From: an uncultured Spirochaetota bacterium
GTDB lineage: Bacteria > Spirochaetota > Spirochaetia > SZUA-6 > Fen-1364
Direction of reading: 5' to 3'
DNA length: 64,000 nucleotides
NCBI GenBank assembly: GCA_963820525.1
Contig: CAWGAA010000001.1
Coordinates: 2,880,001-2,944,000, forward strand
Positions 38,825 to 48,242 of the stretch are shown one piece after another. Positions within the stretch are counted from its first letter, which is position 1. Each line of letters opens with the position of its first letter. The position numbers and the translations under genes are program-made. Below the pieces are notes generated by a model, which saw only the letters and a program-made list of their open reading frames with translations, did no database searches and was not told where the DNA came from.

Positions 38825-38928
38825 GTAGCCCAAGGGTAGCACCGCGCGAGCGGCTTTGCAAGGTGAGCCGTCCGAATCCCCGCCACGCGCGCGCACTTCA
38901 GTCGAATCTCCACGAGCGCGCGCATCTC

Positions 38929-38957
38929 TTGACCATCCCGGCCTTTCCTTCTACACT
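38929..38957 (+). promoter_or_regulatory. Sigma70-like promoter of hppA
   Basis: TTGACC-17nt-TACACT. Confidence 0.6.
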
Positions 38958-39083
38958 AGCCCGACACCCGTTACCGAAATAATCGCCCCAGCGGCGAAAG
39001 AATTGAATCCCGTGCGGGTAGTCTCACGCGCTCCTGCCGCGCAGGGACGCGTGTCATGCCACATGCAGGAGGATAAACCCCCT

Positions 39084-41366
39084 ATGAACCGCAAGCAGAA
39101 GCTCGTCGTGCTCACAGCGATTCTCGCCCTCCTCCCCCTGTCCGGAGCGTTCGCCCAGGGCAGCGGCGGCGGAAGCCAGATCGACATGATGTGGCTGACA
39201 TGGGTGGGGTCGATCGTGGCACTCCTTTTCGCTCTCTATCAGGCCATTTCCGTGCTCAGAAAAGACCCGGGCACGGAGGCCATGAAAGAGATCAGCAAGG
39301 CGGTTCAGGAAGGCGCCATGGCCTACCTGAAGCAGCAGTACTCCGTTGTCGGCCTCGTGTTCATCGCCCTTTTCGTCCTGCTCGGAACGCTCGCCTTTGT
39401 CTTCCACTTCATCTCTCCCTTCGTTCCCTTCGCCTTCATCACGGGAGGGTTTTTCTCCGGGCTTTCCGGCTTCATCGGAATGTCGATAGCCACCCGGGCC
39501 AACTGCCGGACGGCAAACGCCGCGAAGCACAGCCTCAATGCGGGTCTCCGCGTGGCCTTCTCTTCCGGCACGGTCATGGGCATGACGGTTGTGGGCCTCG
39601 GCCTGCTGGACCTCTCGATCTGGTGGACCCTGCTTCGCTACGCGTTCCATCTCCCCTATGACCAGATTCCTCCCATCATGATCACCTTCGGTATGGGCGC
39701 CTCCTCCATGGCCCTGTTCGCCAGGGTGGGCGGGGGGATATTCACCAAGGCGGCAGACGTCGGGGCGGATCTTGTCGGAAAGGTGGAAACCGGAATCCCC
39801 GAGGACGATCCGAGGAACCCGGCCGTCATCGCCGACAACGTGGGCGACAACGTCGGGGACGTTGCGGGAATGGGCGCGGACCTCTACGAGAGCTATGTTG
39901 GCGCGATTGTCGCCACCATGGCGCTCGGGGCGATCGGCTCGATGGCAATCCCCCAGGTCTCCACGCTTCAGGCAATCCAGGTCCCCATCTCCATAGCGAC
40001 CATCGGCGTCATCTGCTCAGTCATCGGCAGCCTCTTCGTGCGGGCAAGGGGAGACGTATCCCAGAAGGTGCTCCTGCGCGCCCTACGCACGGGCGTGTAC
40101 CTGTCCACGGCGCTCATCGCGGTGTTCTCGTTCCTGTTCGTCTACTTCACCGTGGGCATCAACTTCATCGGGATCTGGGGCGCCATGCTCGCCGGGCTCG
40201 TTGCAGGGAACGTCATCGGCTACTTCACCGAGTACTACACCTCGGACAGCTACAAGCCTACCCAGGGGCTGGCCAACGAGACCCAGACCGGCCCGGCCAC
40301 GCTCATCATCGGCGGGCTTGCCCTCGGGATGCTTTCCACGCTGATCCCCGTCGTGGTCGTGGTGATCGCAACGCTGGCGGCTTTCTTCCTCTCCGGCGGG
40401 TTTGCCAACCCCGGCATGGGCCTCTACGGAATCGGACTATCGGCGGTGGGAATGCTCGCAACGCTTGGCATCACGTTGGCCACGGACGCATACGGCCCCG
40501 TGGCGGACAATGCGGGTGGAATCGCGGAAATGGCCCACCTGGACCCCGAGGTCCGCAACCGCACGGACAACCTCGATGCCCTGGGAAACACAACGGCGGC
40601 TACCGGAAAGGGCTTCGCCATCGCTTCCGCGGCCTTGACCGCCCTCGCCCTTGTGGCGGAATACGCGAACAAGATCATCGAGGGTCTCCAGACCGGCGTG
40701 GCCAAGGTTTCCGAAGGCTTCTACACCTTCTACCATGGGCTGATTGTCCGCGCCGTCGACGGGAGCCTCTCCATGTCGGTTAACCTGCTGGATCCCAAGG
40801 TGCTGATCGGGCTGTTCCTCGGGGCGGTGCTCCCCTTCGTGTTCTGCGCCCTGGCCATGCGCGCCGTCGGACGGGCAGCCGGCGACATGGTGAAAGAGGT
40901 GAGGCGGCAGTTCAAGGAGAAGAAGGGGATCCTGGCAGGAACCGAAAAGCCGGACTACGCGGCATGCGTGCAGATCTCCACAAAGGGCGCCCAGCGCGCC
41001 ATGATTCTGCCCTCGCTTTTAGCGCTCATCGCCCCAATCGGAGTGGGCATCATCTTCGGGCCGTTCACCGTCATCGCGCTGCTGGCCGGCTCCCTGGCCA
41101 CGGGCTTCGTCCTGGCCGTGATGATGGCAAACTCGGGCGGCGCCTGGGACAATGCCAAGAAGTTCGTGGAGAAGGGAAACCTCGGCGGAAAGGGAAGCCC
41201 CAACCACAAGGCCGCGATCGTCGGAGATACGGTGGGAGACCCGTTCAAGGACACGGCAGGCCCCGCCATGAACATCCTCTTGAAGCTCATGTCCATGGTG
41301 GCAATTGTGTTCGTCACCACCACGGTGAGCCTCAACAACCTCATCGTAGGGCTTTTCTCCAAGTAA
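39084..41366 (+). CDS. hppA: Membrane pyrophosphatase, K+-dependent type (probably Na+-translocating)
   Basis: DVGADLVGKVE, EDDPRN, DNVGDNVGD, GNTTAA (Ala = K+-dependent), GDTVGDPFKD. Confidence 0.95.
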   Translation: MNRKQKLVVLTAILALLPLSGAFAQGSGGGSQIDMMWLTWVGSIVALLFALYQAISVLRKDPGTEAMKEISKAVQEGAMAYLKQQYSVVGLVFIALFVLLGTLAFVFHFISPFVPFAFITGGFFSGLSGFIGMSIATRANCRTANAAKHSLNAGLRVAFSSGTVMGMTVVGLGLLDLSIWWTLLRYAFHLPYDQIPPIMITFGMGASSMALFARVGGGIFTKAADVGADLVGKVETGIPEDDPRNPAVIADNVGDNVGDVAGMGADLYESYVGAIVATMALGAIGSMAIPQVSTLQAIQVPISIATIGVICSVIGSLFVRARGDVSQKVLLRALRTGVYLSTALIAVFSFLFVYFTVGINFIGIWGAMLAGLVAGNVIGYFTEYYTSDSYKPTQGLANETQTGPATLIIGGLALGMLSTLIPVVVVVIATLAAFFLSGGFANPGMGLYGIGLSAVGMLATLGITLATDAYGPVADNAGGIAEMAHLDPEVRNRTDNLDALGNTTAATGKGFAIASAALTALALVAEYANKIIEGLQTGVAKVSEGFYTFYHGLIVRAVDGSLSMSVNLLDPKVLIGLFLGAVLPFVFCALAMRAVGRAAGDMVKEVRRQFKEKKGILAGTEKPDYAACVQISTKGAQRAMILPSLLALIAPIGVGIIFGPFTVIALLAGSLATGFVLAVMMANSGGAWDNAKKFVEKGNLGGKGSPNHKAAIVGDTVGDPFKDTAGPAMNILLKLMSMVAIVFVTTTVSLNNLIVGLFSK

Positions 41367-41415
41367 TTGCTTTCGCACTCCAGCACGGCGCGCGCGCATG
41401 CGAAAAACAATACGC

Positions 41416-41451
41416 CCCTCCCGCGGCTCACGGCCGCGGGAGGGTTTTTTT
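41416..41451 (+). terminator. Rho-independent terminator after hppA
   Basis: CCCTCCCGCGGC-loop-GCCGCGGGAGGG followed by a T run. Confidence 0.82.
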
Positions 41452-42080
41452 CAGGGCACCATGTATCCCTTGCCCCTCACGCAGAGGATGAAGCGTCCGG
41501 CGACCGGCTCGACCGCAGCCAGCTTTCGGCGGATCGCTGCCACGTGCACATCGACGGCGCGGCTTGCCCCGGGTCCCGGCCTTCCCCAGAGACGGTAGGC
41601 CAATGCCTGGCGCGGAACGGGAGACCCGCGGCCGAGGAGGAGGGCCCTGAGGATGATCGACTCATGGAAGGTGAGCTGGATATCAGCCCCAGAGGTACTG
41701 AGGATCGAGCCATCCATCGCGAGGCGGCCCCAGGGAAAAACGAAGCTTCTGGCCGTCCTCTGTGCGACGCTCATGAGGCGCAGGCCCAGCTCCTCAGGGC
41801 CCCACGGCTCTCTCAAGTAGTCAGCGGCGCCGGCGAGGAAGGCGGAGCGCATCAGAGCGGCCGGGCCGTACGCAAGGACGGGCACGGGGGTCGTCTGGGT
41901 CCCGCTTCCAAGCAGGTCCACGGCGAGCCCGGCGGGAACTACGTAGAGATCCACGTCATCCCAGGGGAGAGGCGATGGGGAGTCGAGGAAATAAAAAGGG
42001 CTTCTCGCGAGAGAAGCCCTGATGCGCTCAAGAAGAATGCGGCCGACGCCAACGATATTGACGCGGGAACGCCCTTTCAC
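41451..42080 (-). CDS. OmpR/PhoB-type winged-helix regulator with degenerate receiver
   Basis: GAADYLREPW; LTFHE..IL..L, RAVDVHVAAIRRKL, VRGKGY; GTGA overlap with the pspA stop. Confidence 0.75.
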   Translation of the reverse strand: MKGRSRVNIVGVGRILLERIRASLARSPFYFLDSPSPLPWDDVDLYVVPAGLAVDLLGSGTQTTPVPVLAYGPAALMRSAFLAGAADYLREPWGPEELGLRLMSVAQRTARSFVFPWGRLAMDGSILSTSGADIQLTFHESIILRALLLGRGSPVPRQALAYRLWGRPGPGASRAVDVHVAAIRRKLAAVEPVAGRFILCVRGKGYMVP

Positions 42081-42766
42081 TTCTTGTCTTCGAGTTTTCC
42101 CATCTTGGCCTTGAGGTCCTCCAGAAGCTTGTCGGCGCTGGAGTCGGAGCCCTCCAGCTCCTTGAACTTGTCCTCCAGCTTCTGGTCCGCGCTGATCGAG
42201 GTGAGCTCGGCAGATGCCTCCGCCTCGGCTTCCAGCTGATCCACCTTGGCCGCCATGCGGTCGAAAGTGTCGAATGAGGAGCCGGCACCGAGGGTGCCCA
42301 GGGTCTGCTGGATCTGCTTCTGCGCTTCCGCCCTCTTGGCGCGGGCGATGAGAAGGTTCTTCTTTCGGGATGCCTCCTCGATCTTGGCCTGGAGCTGCCG
42401 CAGGGCGTCCTTGAGCTGTTCGACGGAGGCATACTGGCCGTCGTACTCCTTCTTGAACTGGGCGGAGTAGCCCTCGTACTCCTGCTTGCGCAGGAGCGCC
42501 TCCTTCGCCAGGTCGTCCTTGCCGGCCTTGACGGCGAGCATCGCCTTTCTCTCCCACTCGTCGGCCTGGCCCTTGTTCTCCAGCATCTGGCGCTCGAGCT
42601 TCTTCTCATCCGCGATGGACATGGCCACCTGCTTCTTTGCCTCGATGAGCTGCTCGTTCATGTCCATGATCAGCTGGTTGAGCATCTTCTCGGGATCCTC
42701 GGCCTTGCTGATGAGGGCATTGATATTCGCTTTCAGGACCGTCCTGATCCTATCGATGATTCCCAT
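42077..42766 (-). CDS. pspA: PspA/IM30 family protein
   Basis: MGIIDRI..KANINALISKAEDPEKMLNQLI.DM, A..A.KAGKDDLAKEAL, coiled coil. Confidence 0.93.
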   Translation of the reverse strand: MGIIDRIRTVLKANINALISKAEDPEKMLNQLIMDMNEQLIEAKKQVAMSIADEKKLERQMLENKGQADEWERKAMLAVKAGKDDLAKEALLRKQEYEGYSAQFKKEYDGQYASVEQLKDALRQLQAKIEEASRKKNLLIARAKRAEAQKQIQQTLGTLGAGSSFDTFDRMAAKVDQLEAEAEASAELTSISADQKLEDKFKELEGSDSSADKLLEDLKAKMGKLEDKK

Positions 42767-42785
42767 GGAGGTTCCTCCTGAATTA

Positions 42786-43172
42786 CTACGCTGCGCGGTA
42801 CCGGGAGAGGGTCTTGTAGTGCTGGGCGAGGGCGAGGCCAATGGCGTCGATGGAAGCCTGGAACTCCTCCAGGTCCATGTCGTCCCCCTCGAGGGTGTCG
42901 ATGATGATGACGTTGCCGCCGTCCAGAGCGTACGCGCCGTGCACCATGTCGGTGGCGTTCAGCCGCAGGAGCTCTTCGAACAGCTCGCCCTTCCTCCCCT
43001 TGGGGACCGACATCACGTTGGTTCGCATCACCACCAGAGAATCTACGACCATGATGAGCAGGTTGTCGAGACCTTTCTCCAGATCCCTCACGACCCAGGT
43101 GTTCTCCTGTCCTTCCTGATAGGTCAGGGAGAGTTTCATGAGGTATCCTTCGATCTTTTCCTTGGAGATCAT
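42786..43172 (-). CDS. CesT/YbjN-like chaperone-fold protein
   Basis: 128 aa, acidic; LFEELLRLNATDMVHGAYALDG..D..EF. Confidence 0.7.
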   Translation of the reverse strand: MISKEKIEGYLMKLSLTYQEGQENTWVVRDLEKGLDNLLIMVVDSLVVMRTNVMSVPKGRKGELFEELLRLNATDMVHGAYALDGGNVIIIDTLEGDDMDLEEFQASIDAIGLALAQHYKTLSRYRAA

Positions 43173-43180
43173 GGGACCTC

Positions 43181-43731
43181 CTAGCCGAGGAAGACTTGTC
43201 CGGCGTTGTCGATTGCGAGAATGGTTTTACATTCGGAGCAGCGGAAGCGTCCCGCCTTCGAGGCCTTCAGCTTCTTGCTGCAGATGGGGCACTTGAAGAT
43301 CTTCGGGAACACGGTGCCCTTCCCCTCTTCGCTCTTGGCCGCGAAGAAGGCGACCGCCTCTTCAAGGTTCTCCTTGATATTGAAGAACTGGGAGAAGCCG
43401 AGAAGCTGGAACACCTCGTACACCTTGGGCTGGATCTCCAGGAGCACGAGGTCTCCCCCCGCGGCTTCACGGCCTTGAGGAAAGCGGTGAAGGGCCCGAT
43501 GCCCGTGCTGGAGACGTAGTTGAGGCCGCTGCAATGGAAGATGAGCTTTATGTATCCGGTTTCGATGGCCTTGGCGACGCGCTTCTGAAAATAGTTCGAG
43601 TTGTAGGTGTCGATGTAGCCCGTGAGATACAGAACGAGGCACCCTTCGGCGTCATCGATTTTCTGGAGTCGGATCTTGAGGCTGTCGTCCTTTTCGTCGT
43701 CGAACCCCGGTACGATCTCGTTGTTACTCAT
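43181..43731 (-). CDS. STAS anti-sigma-factor antagonist with C-terminal Zn ribbon; 1-nt deletion in a G-run near 43455-43460
   Basis: GYIDTYNS, LNYVSSTGIG, VYEVFQLLGF, CPIC..CSEC; adding one G restores PRGGDLVLL. Confidence 0.82.
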
Positions 43732-43845
43732 GGCGCCCCTTGCCTGCAATGTTTCCCTTGGATCTAAAGCGCTCATCTAAATATATCCAATAGAGTAGTA
43801 TGACACAACGCTCTGCAGTATATGGCCCGCTCTGACGTAATCACT

Positions 43846-43874
43846 ATTGTAAGGGGTTTTGCTATATTTGTCAA
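43846..43874 (-). promoter_or_regulatory. Near-consensus sigma70 promoter for the STAS-CesT-pspA operon
   Basis: TTGACA-17nt-TACAAT in an AT-rich intergenic region. Confidence 0.75.
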
Positions 43875-43997
43875 ATAGATCATATAGTCTACGGAATTGC
43901 CGATTCTCCACCTCCCAGCGCCAGAACACGAATACGTTTACCGTTTCATCGAAGCCTTCATCTCCAACGGGTCTGGCGGCTATGCCTCTTGTTTTTC

Positions 43998-44660
43998 TTA
44001 TCGGTTTGGATCCCATTGAAGTGAAAGACTTCCGACGTTCAGCGTCGTGGTATCCACCGCGCTTTCTCCTCCCAAGGGGAGCCTGAACACCCCCCGATAC
44101 CTGGCGCTGAGAAGCATCTCTCCCAGGCGTGAGGATACGCCGGCGGAGGCGGCATAGAGCTGGCGCGCTTTCACCGCCGCTTCATACAGGTCGTATTCCA
44201 CGTCGAAGCCGATGTCGAGGGCGGTGCCTTTGACCGGCTTCAGCCCCACGTCGATCCCGCCCTTCAGCGCCGTATAGTCGCGGGAAAGCCCCGTGGAATC
44301 GAGCCCGGGAGAGGATGCCCACTTGGCTCCGGTTTTCAGCCCGATGGTGAAGATATCCGCTATCTTCATTTTCGCATCCGGCTCCAGGGAGAGATAGGAA
44401 TAGTCGCCGGCCCGCAACAGATAGTCCTTGGCCGAGTAGCGGATCAACAGCCCGAAGTCCAGCGGGTCCGCGCTCTCCGAGACATGAAGGGAGACCGCAT
44501 TGCGCAGGGAGGAGGGAATGAGGATGTCTTCGTCCGGGTCGGGGTTCTCGATCGTGCCTTCCGTGATCTCGTATCTCATCGAGAAGACAGGCAGCTTCCA
44601 GTCCAGGGAGGAGGCGGGAAGACACGCAGCGCAGAGCAGGAGGATGGCGGTTTTTTTCAT
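43998..44660 (-). CDS. Hypothetical exported beta-strand-rich protein
   Basis: Signal peptide; alternating hydrophobic pattern. Confidence 0.6.
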   Translation of the reverse strand: MKKTAILLLCAACLPASSLDWKLPVFSMRYEITEGTIENPDPDEDILIPSSLRNAVSLHVSESADPLDFGLLIRYSAKDYLLRAGDYSYLSLEPDAKMKIADIFTIGLKTGAKWASSPGLDSTGLSRDYTALKGGIDVGLKPVKGTALDIGFDVEYDLYEAAVKARQLYAASAGVSSRLGEMLLSARYRGVFRLPLGGESAVDTTTLNVGSLSLQWDPNR

Positions 44661-44800
44661 AACGATATTATCGGTGGATGGGCTCGAACACTGAGAGTGA
44701 GATCGTCCCGCGGGACGGCGGGAAAAACGGCAGTTCGTCGCCGCTTCCGGCCGCCGGCCGCTTTTTCACGAAGCTCACATCGGTTACGATACTCACCGCC

Positions 44801-45544
44801 ATGAGCAGCGAACGTCGCATCCGGATCATCCTCGTGCGGCCCAAGGAGAGCCGGAACGTCGGCGCCGTCTGCCGCGCCATGAAGAACATGGGCCTCACCT
44901 CGCTCTCCATCGTCATGGATGGGCTCATCGACCCCTCGTCGGCCGGGGCCCTTGCGCATTACGCGGCCGACGTGCTGGAGAACGCGGAGGTGTATGGCGA
45001 TCTGCGCCAGGCGATTGGAGACGCGGTCCTTGTGGCGGGGACAACCCGCAGGCGCGGAAAAAGGCGGAAGTACTTCAGCATATTTCCCGAGCAGCTCGCC
45101 GAACGCATCGCGGCCGTCGCAAGCGGCACGGTGGCGATTCTCTTTGGCAACGAGGACACGGGGCTCACCGACGATGAGCTTTCACTTTGCCATCTCGCGG
45201 TCACCATCCCTTCCTCGGACGCCTTCCCCTCCCTCAACCTCTCGCACGCCGTTCAGATCGTCTGCTACGAGATATTCCGCGCCCTGTCCAGGGGCCACCT
45301 CACGCCCTTTTCCCCCATCGGCTCCCGTGAGGTGGATTCCCTCGTGTCGGTGATCACCCGGTCGCTCAAGGCCATCGGCTTCTTCAAGCTGGTGGGGCCC
45401 GAGCAGATGGGGGTTTTCCTGAAGGACATCATTGCCCGCGCCGGGCTTTCCGTGAACGAGGCGCGGCGGCTGGCAGTCGTGTTTCGAAAGATCGGCGGCC
45501 TGGTGACGAAAAGGGGAATTGACCGCGATGCCCTTCCCCCATAG
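44801..45544 (+). CDS. trmJ: TrmJ/TrmH SPOUT RNA methyltransferase
   Basis: NVGAVCRAMKNMG, GTTRR, FG.E..GL, SLNLSHAV. Confidence 0.85.
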   Translation: MSSERRIRIILVRPKESRNVGAVCRAMKNMGLTSLSIVMDGLIDPSSAGALAHYAADVLENAEVYGDLRQAIGDAVLVAGTTRRRGKRRKYFSIFPEQLAERIAAVASGTVAILFGNEDTGLTDDELSLCHLAVTIPSSDAFPSLNLSHAVQIVCYEIFRALSRGHLTPFSPIGSREVDSLVSVITRSLKAIGFFKLVGPEQMGVFLKDIIARAGLSVNEARRLAVVFRKIGGLVTKRGIDRDALPP

Positions 45545-45565
45545 TATGGCCACGGAGGCATCCCA

Positions 45566-46057
45566 ATGAGCAGAATCGCCAAAGGGGCGCTCGCCGGCGC
45601 CGCCCTTCTCCTCGCATTTCTGGCACCTTTTACATCGGCGATCTCCCGCTCCGATTTCGACAGGGTGGTGGACTTCACCATCACCTTGAAGACCGTTGCC
45701 GCAGCCGCCGCGGGGGAGGCGCCGCTTCCTTCCAATCGGCTTTTCATCCTGGACGGGACGGTGTCCGATATTTCGTTCGTCGACAAGGAGCAGGCGAGCT
45801 TCCGCGTGCGCATCCTGCTTATGTCCGGCGAGTGGATCGGGCTGGAAGACGTGAAGAGCTACGCGTGCTACGTCACGTTCTCCGGTCCTGAGTTCTTCGC
45901 TCTCTTTCCCGCGCGGCCGCCACGGGATGCCCCTCCTGGCATTGTGGTCCTCAATTCACACCTCCTCGTGGTGGCGCGTCCCGTGGAGGTAACCTCTTCG
46001 CCCCAGGGTGAAAAGCTGATGATGCTTGAAGGCTTCTCAGTGAGGGTGCTGCCCTAG
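45566..46057 (+). CDS. Hypothetical exported protein
   Basis: GGAGG RBS, signal peptide. Confidence 0.65.
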   Translation: MSRIAKGALAGAALLLAFLAPFTSAISRSDFDRVVDFTITLKTVAAAAAGEAPLPSNRLFILDGTVSDISFVDKEQASFRVRILLMSGEWIGLEDVKSYACYVTFSGPEFFALFPARPPRDAPPGIVVLNSHLLVVARPVEVTSSPQGEKLMMLEGFSVRVLP

Positions 46058-46178
46058 ACCTGCGGCGGCTTTTCGAGCGGAGCGAGAAAAACGCCGCTGG
46101 GAGGGCGGCCCGCGTAGGGGACGGCGAGAGCCCCGGGGTTCACCGAAAGGTCCGCCCACCCCTGCGGCGCAGCCGCGA

Positions 46179-47321
46179 TCAGTCGAAGAGGATGCTGCGC
46201 TCCTCGAGGCATCCGCCGCTCCCCGCCGGCTCTCCCATGGCGAGAAGAGACCTCTCCAGCACGTTTCGAAGCTCCCGCACGTTGCCCGGCCACGCGTGGG
46301 CAATGAGCTTCTCCCGCGCCCCCTGAGACAATCCGAGCTCTCCGCGTGAGAGAGAACCGAGAAGATGGACCGCGATGATGATGATGTCTTCTCTTCGCTC
46401 CCGTAAAGGGGGCGTGCGGATGGGAAGCACGCTCAAGCGATAGTAGAGGTCTTCCCGGAACGCTCCCTTCCTCACTTCATCTTTCAGGTCCCTGTTCGTT
46501 GCTGAGATCACGCGAACGTCGGCCTCGGTGGCGCGGGTCGCTCCCACGCGGGTCACGGCCTTCTCCTCCAGGACCCGCAGGAGCCTCGTCTGGGCCTTCG
46601 GGGAGAGCTCCCCGATCTCGTCGAGAAAAAGCGTGCCGCCGTTCGCCCGCTCGAAGCTGCCCGATTTGCTGATAGCGTCCGTGAAGGCGCCCTTCTCGGA
46701 GCCGAAAAGCTCGGTCTCCAGGATGCTCTCGGCGAAGGCTCCGCAGTTGAGCGCCACGAAAGGCCGGGGGGAGCGCCGCGACACGTTGTGGATCGCGTGC
46801 GCGACGAGCTCTTTTCCCGTCCCGCTCTCGCCGTGGATCAGGACGGGAGAATCTGATGGCCCATAGCGGTGGATGAGCTGCCTGACCTCGCGGATGGCCG
46901 CGCTCTCCCCGACGATTCCATGCACCTCTGGCTCCCGCTCCTCCGAGACGACGGTCCTCGAGTCGACGTTCCTCACGGCCCTGCAGAGGGTTCCTTCAAG
47001 CTCGACAAGCTCATAGGGCTTCACCATGTAGTCATATGCGCCGGCTTGGATCGCTTCCTTCACCAATCGGACGCTGGAGAGCGCCGTCAGCATTACCACG
47101 GGCGGCGCCGAAGGCCTGGCGAGTATCTCCTTGAGCAGGCGGATCCCGTCCACGTCCGGGAGGCCGATGTCGAGGAGCACGACGTCGGGGCGTTCTGCGG
47201 ACATCATCGCAAGGCCTTCGGCGCCGGTGTATGCGGAGAGAAGCGCATACGGCTCGGGCAGGACGAAGTCGAGGGTTTTGTGGGCCTGGGGATCGTCATC
47301 GATGAAAAGGACTTTCACCAT
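46179..47321 (-). CDS. Sigma54-dependent response regulator lacking a C-terminal HTH
   Basis: Intact receiver (IDDD, LLDIGLP, KPY), GESGTGKE, GAFTDA, LFLDEIG, WPGNVREL; stops soon after the AAA+ domain. Confidence 0.88.
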   Translation of the reverse strand: MVKVLFIDDDPQAHKTLDFVLPEPYALLSAYTGAEGLAMMSAERPDVVLLDIGLPDVDGIRLLKEILARPSAPPVVMLTALSSVRLVKEAIQAGAYDYMVKPYELVELEGTLCRAVRNVDSRTVVSEEREPEVHGIVGESAAIREVRQLIHRYGPSDSPVLIHGESGTGKELVAHAIHNVSRRSPRPFVALNCGAFAESILETELFGSEKGAFTDAISKSGSFERANGGTLFLDEIGELSPKAQTRLLRVLEEKAVTRVGATRATEADVRVISATNRDLKDEVRKGAFREDLYYRLSVLPIRTPPLRERREDIIIIAVHLLGSLSRGELGLSQGAREKLIAHAWPGNVRELRNVLERSLLAMGEPAGSGGCLEERSILFD

Positions 47322-47400
47322 GGGAACAGCACTTTCTTGACGGCGCCGATGATAGGAGAAAAGCCGGCAAGGGGCAAGAGCTTGCCATGGGATGCGGCTT

Positions 47401-48126
47401 TCAGCCTTTTCCCAGAGCATCCCTCCTGGTCTTTGCGCCCTTCTCGAGCGTGCTCGCTCTCAGAAAGCCCCAGAGCAGGAACGCCGCTCCGAGCATCTCC
47501 GCCGGATAGAGCCCGATAGTCTGGCCGGCCCGCGCCCGGAAACCCGCGGCGGCGATTATCAGCGTCCCCAGCGCAATGAGCACATTGGCCCACACGCGGT
47601 AACTGTACTCTCTTTTGCGGGAGAAGAGGATGATCGAATAGACGGCGCCGCCGAGGAGGAACACGGTGCCGGGAATGTTTATGAAGAGCGAGCAGATCCT
47701 CGGGAAGGAAAGCGATGACCCCAGGGCTTTTCCTCCCACGGTGATTCCCGCGACGAGCCGTGCAGTGTCCAGTGGATGGGTGAAAGCGCCGATAAGGAAA
47801 ATCGCCATTATGGAGAAGGTGTAGGCAAGAAAAATGTGTCCCCAGATCCGTCTTTTTGCAATCAAGTAGAGCACGCCCAGCCCCAGGAAGCCTACCAAGG
47901 AGGCTGCGATGACGATGTAGACGCGATATACCGTTGGATCCCAGCTTCGGGTCAGCTCTGAATAGGACTCCATGAAGGCGCCGAGGGTGTAGAGCAAGAA
48001 CCCCGCTGCCCAGGAGATCTGGTGAAGCTGCCTCCTTCTGAGGTACTGCCGCAGGAGCAACGCCGTGAAAATTGTTCCGATGATGGCCGTCGCCAGCGGC
48101 CATGCCCAGTGCGACCAGAAGCTCAT
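47401..48126 (-). CDS. Hypothetical multi-pass membrane protein
   Basis: About 7 TM segments; GGAGG RBS. Confidence 0.7.
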   Translation of the reverse strand: MSFWSHWAWPLATAIIGTIFTALLLRQYLRRRQLHQISWAAGFLLYTLGAFMESYSELTRSWDPTVYRVYIVIAASLVGFLGLGVLYLIAKRRIWGHIFLAYTFSIMAIFLIGAFTHPLDTARLVAGITVGGKALGSSLSFPRICSLFINIPGTVFLLGGAVYSIILFSRKREYSYRVWANVLIALGTLIIAAAGFRARAGQTIGLYPAEMLGAAFLLWGFLRASTLEKGAKTRRDALGKG

Positions 48127-48242
48127 GGCTCTCGCCTCCGAGGTCATGCTACGAATTGCCCTGCGCTTTTTCAAGCTGTTTGGGTTGTGCCGTCCTGGAA
48201 TGCGCTTGCCATGGGGCGGCCGGGGAGGATACCTTTCTGCCC

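Noticed and set aside
42786..43172. Type III secretion system implied by the CesT-like gene
   Set aside because: No injectisome or effector genes; this fold is widespread outside T3SS
43732..43997. Replication origin in the AT-rich gap
   Set aside because: No DnaA boxes (TTATCCACA) seen; the region is explained by a strong promoter and leader
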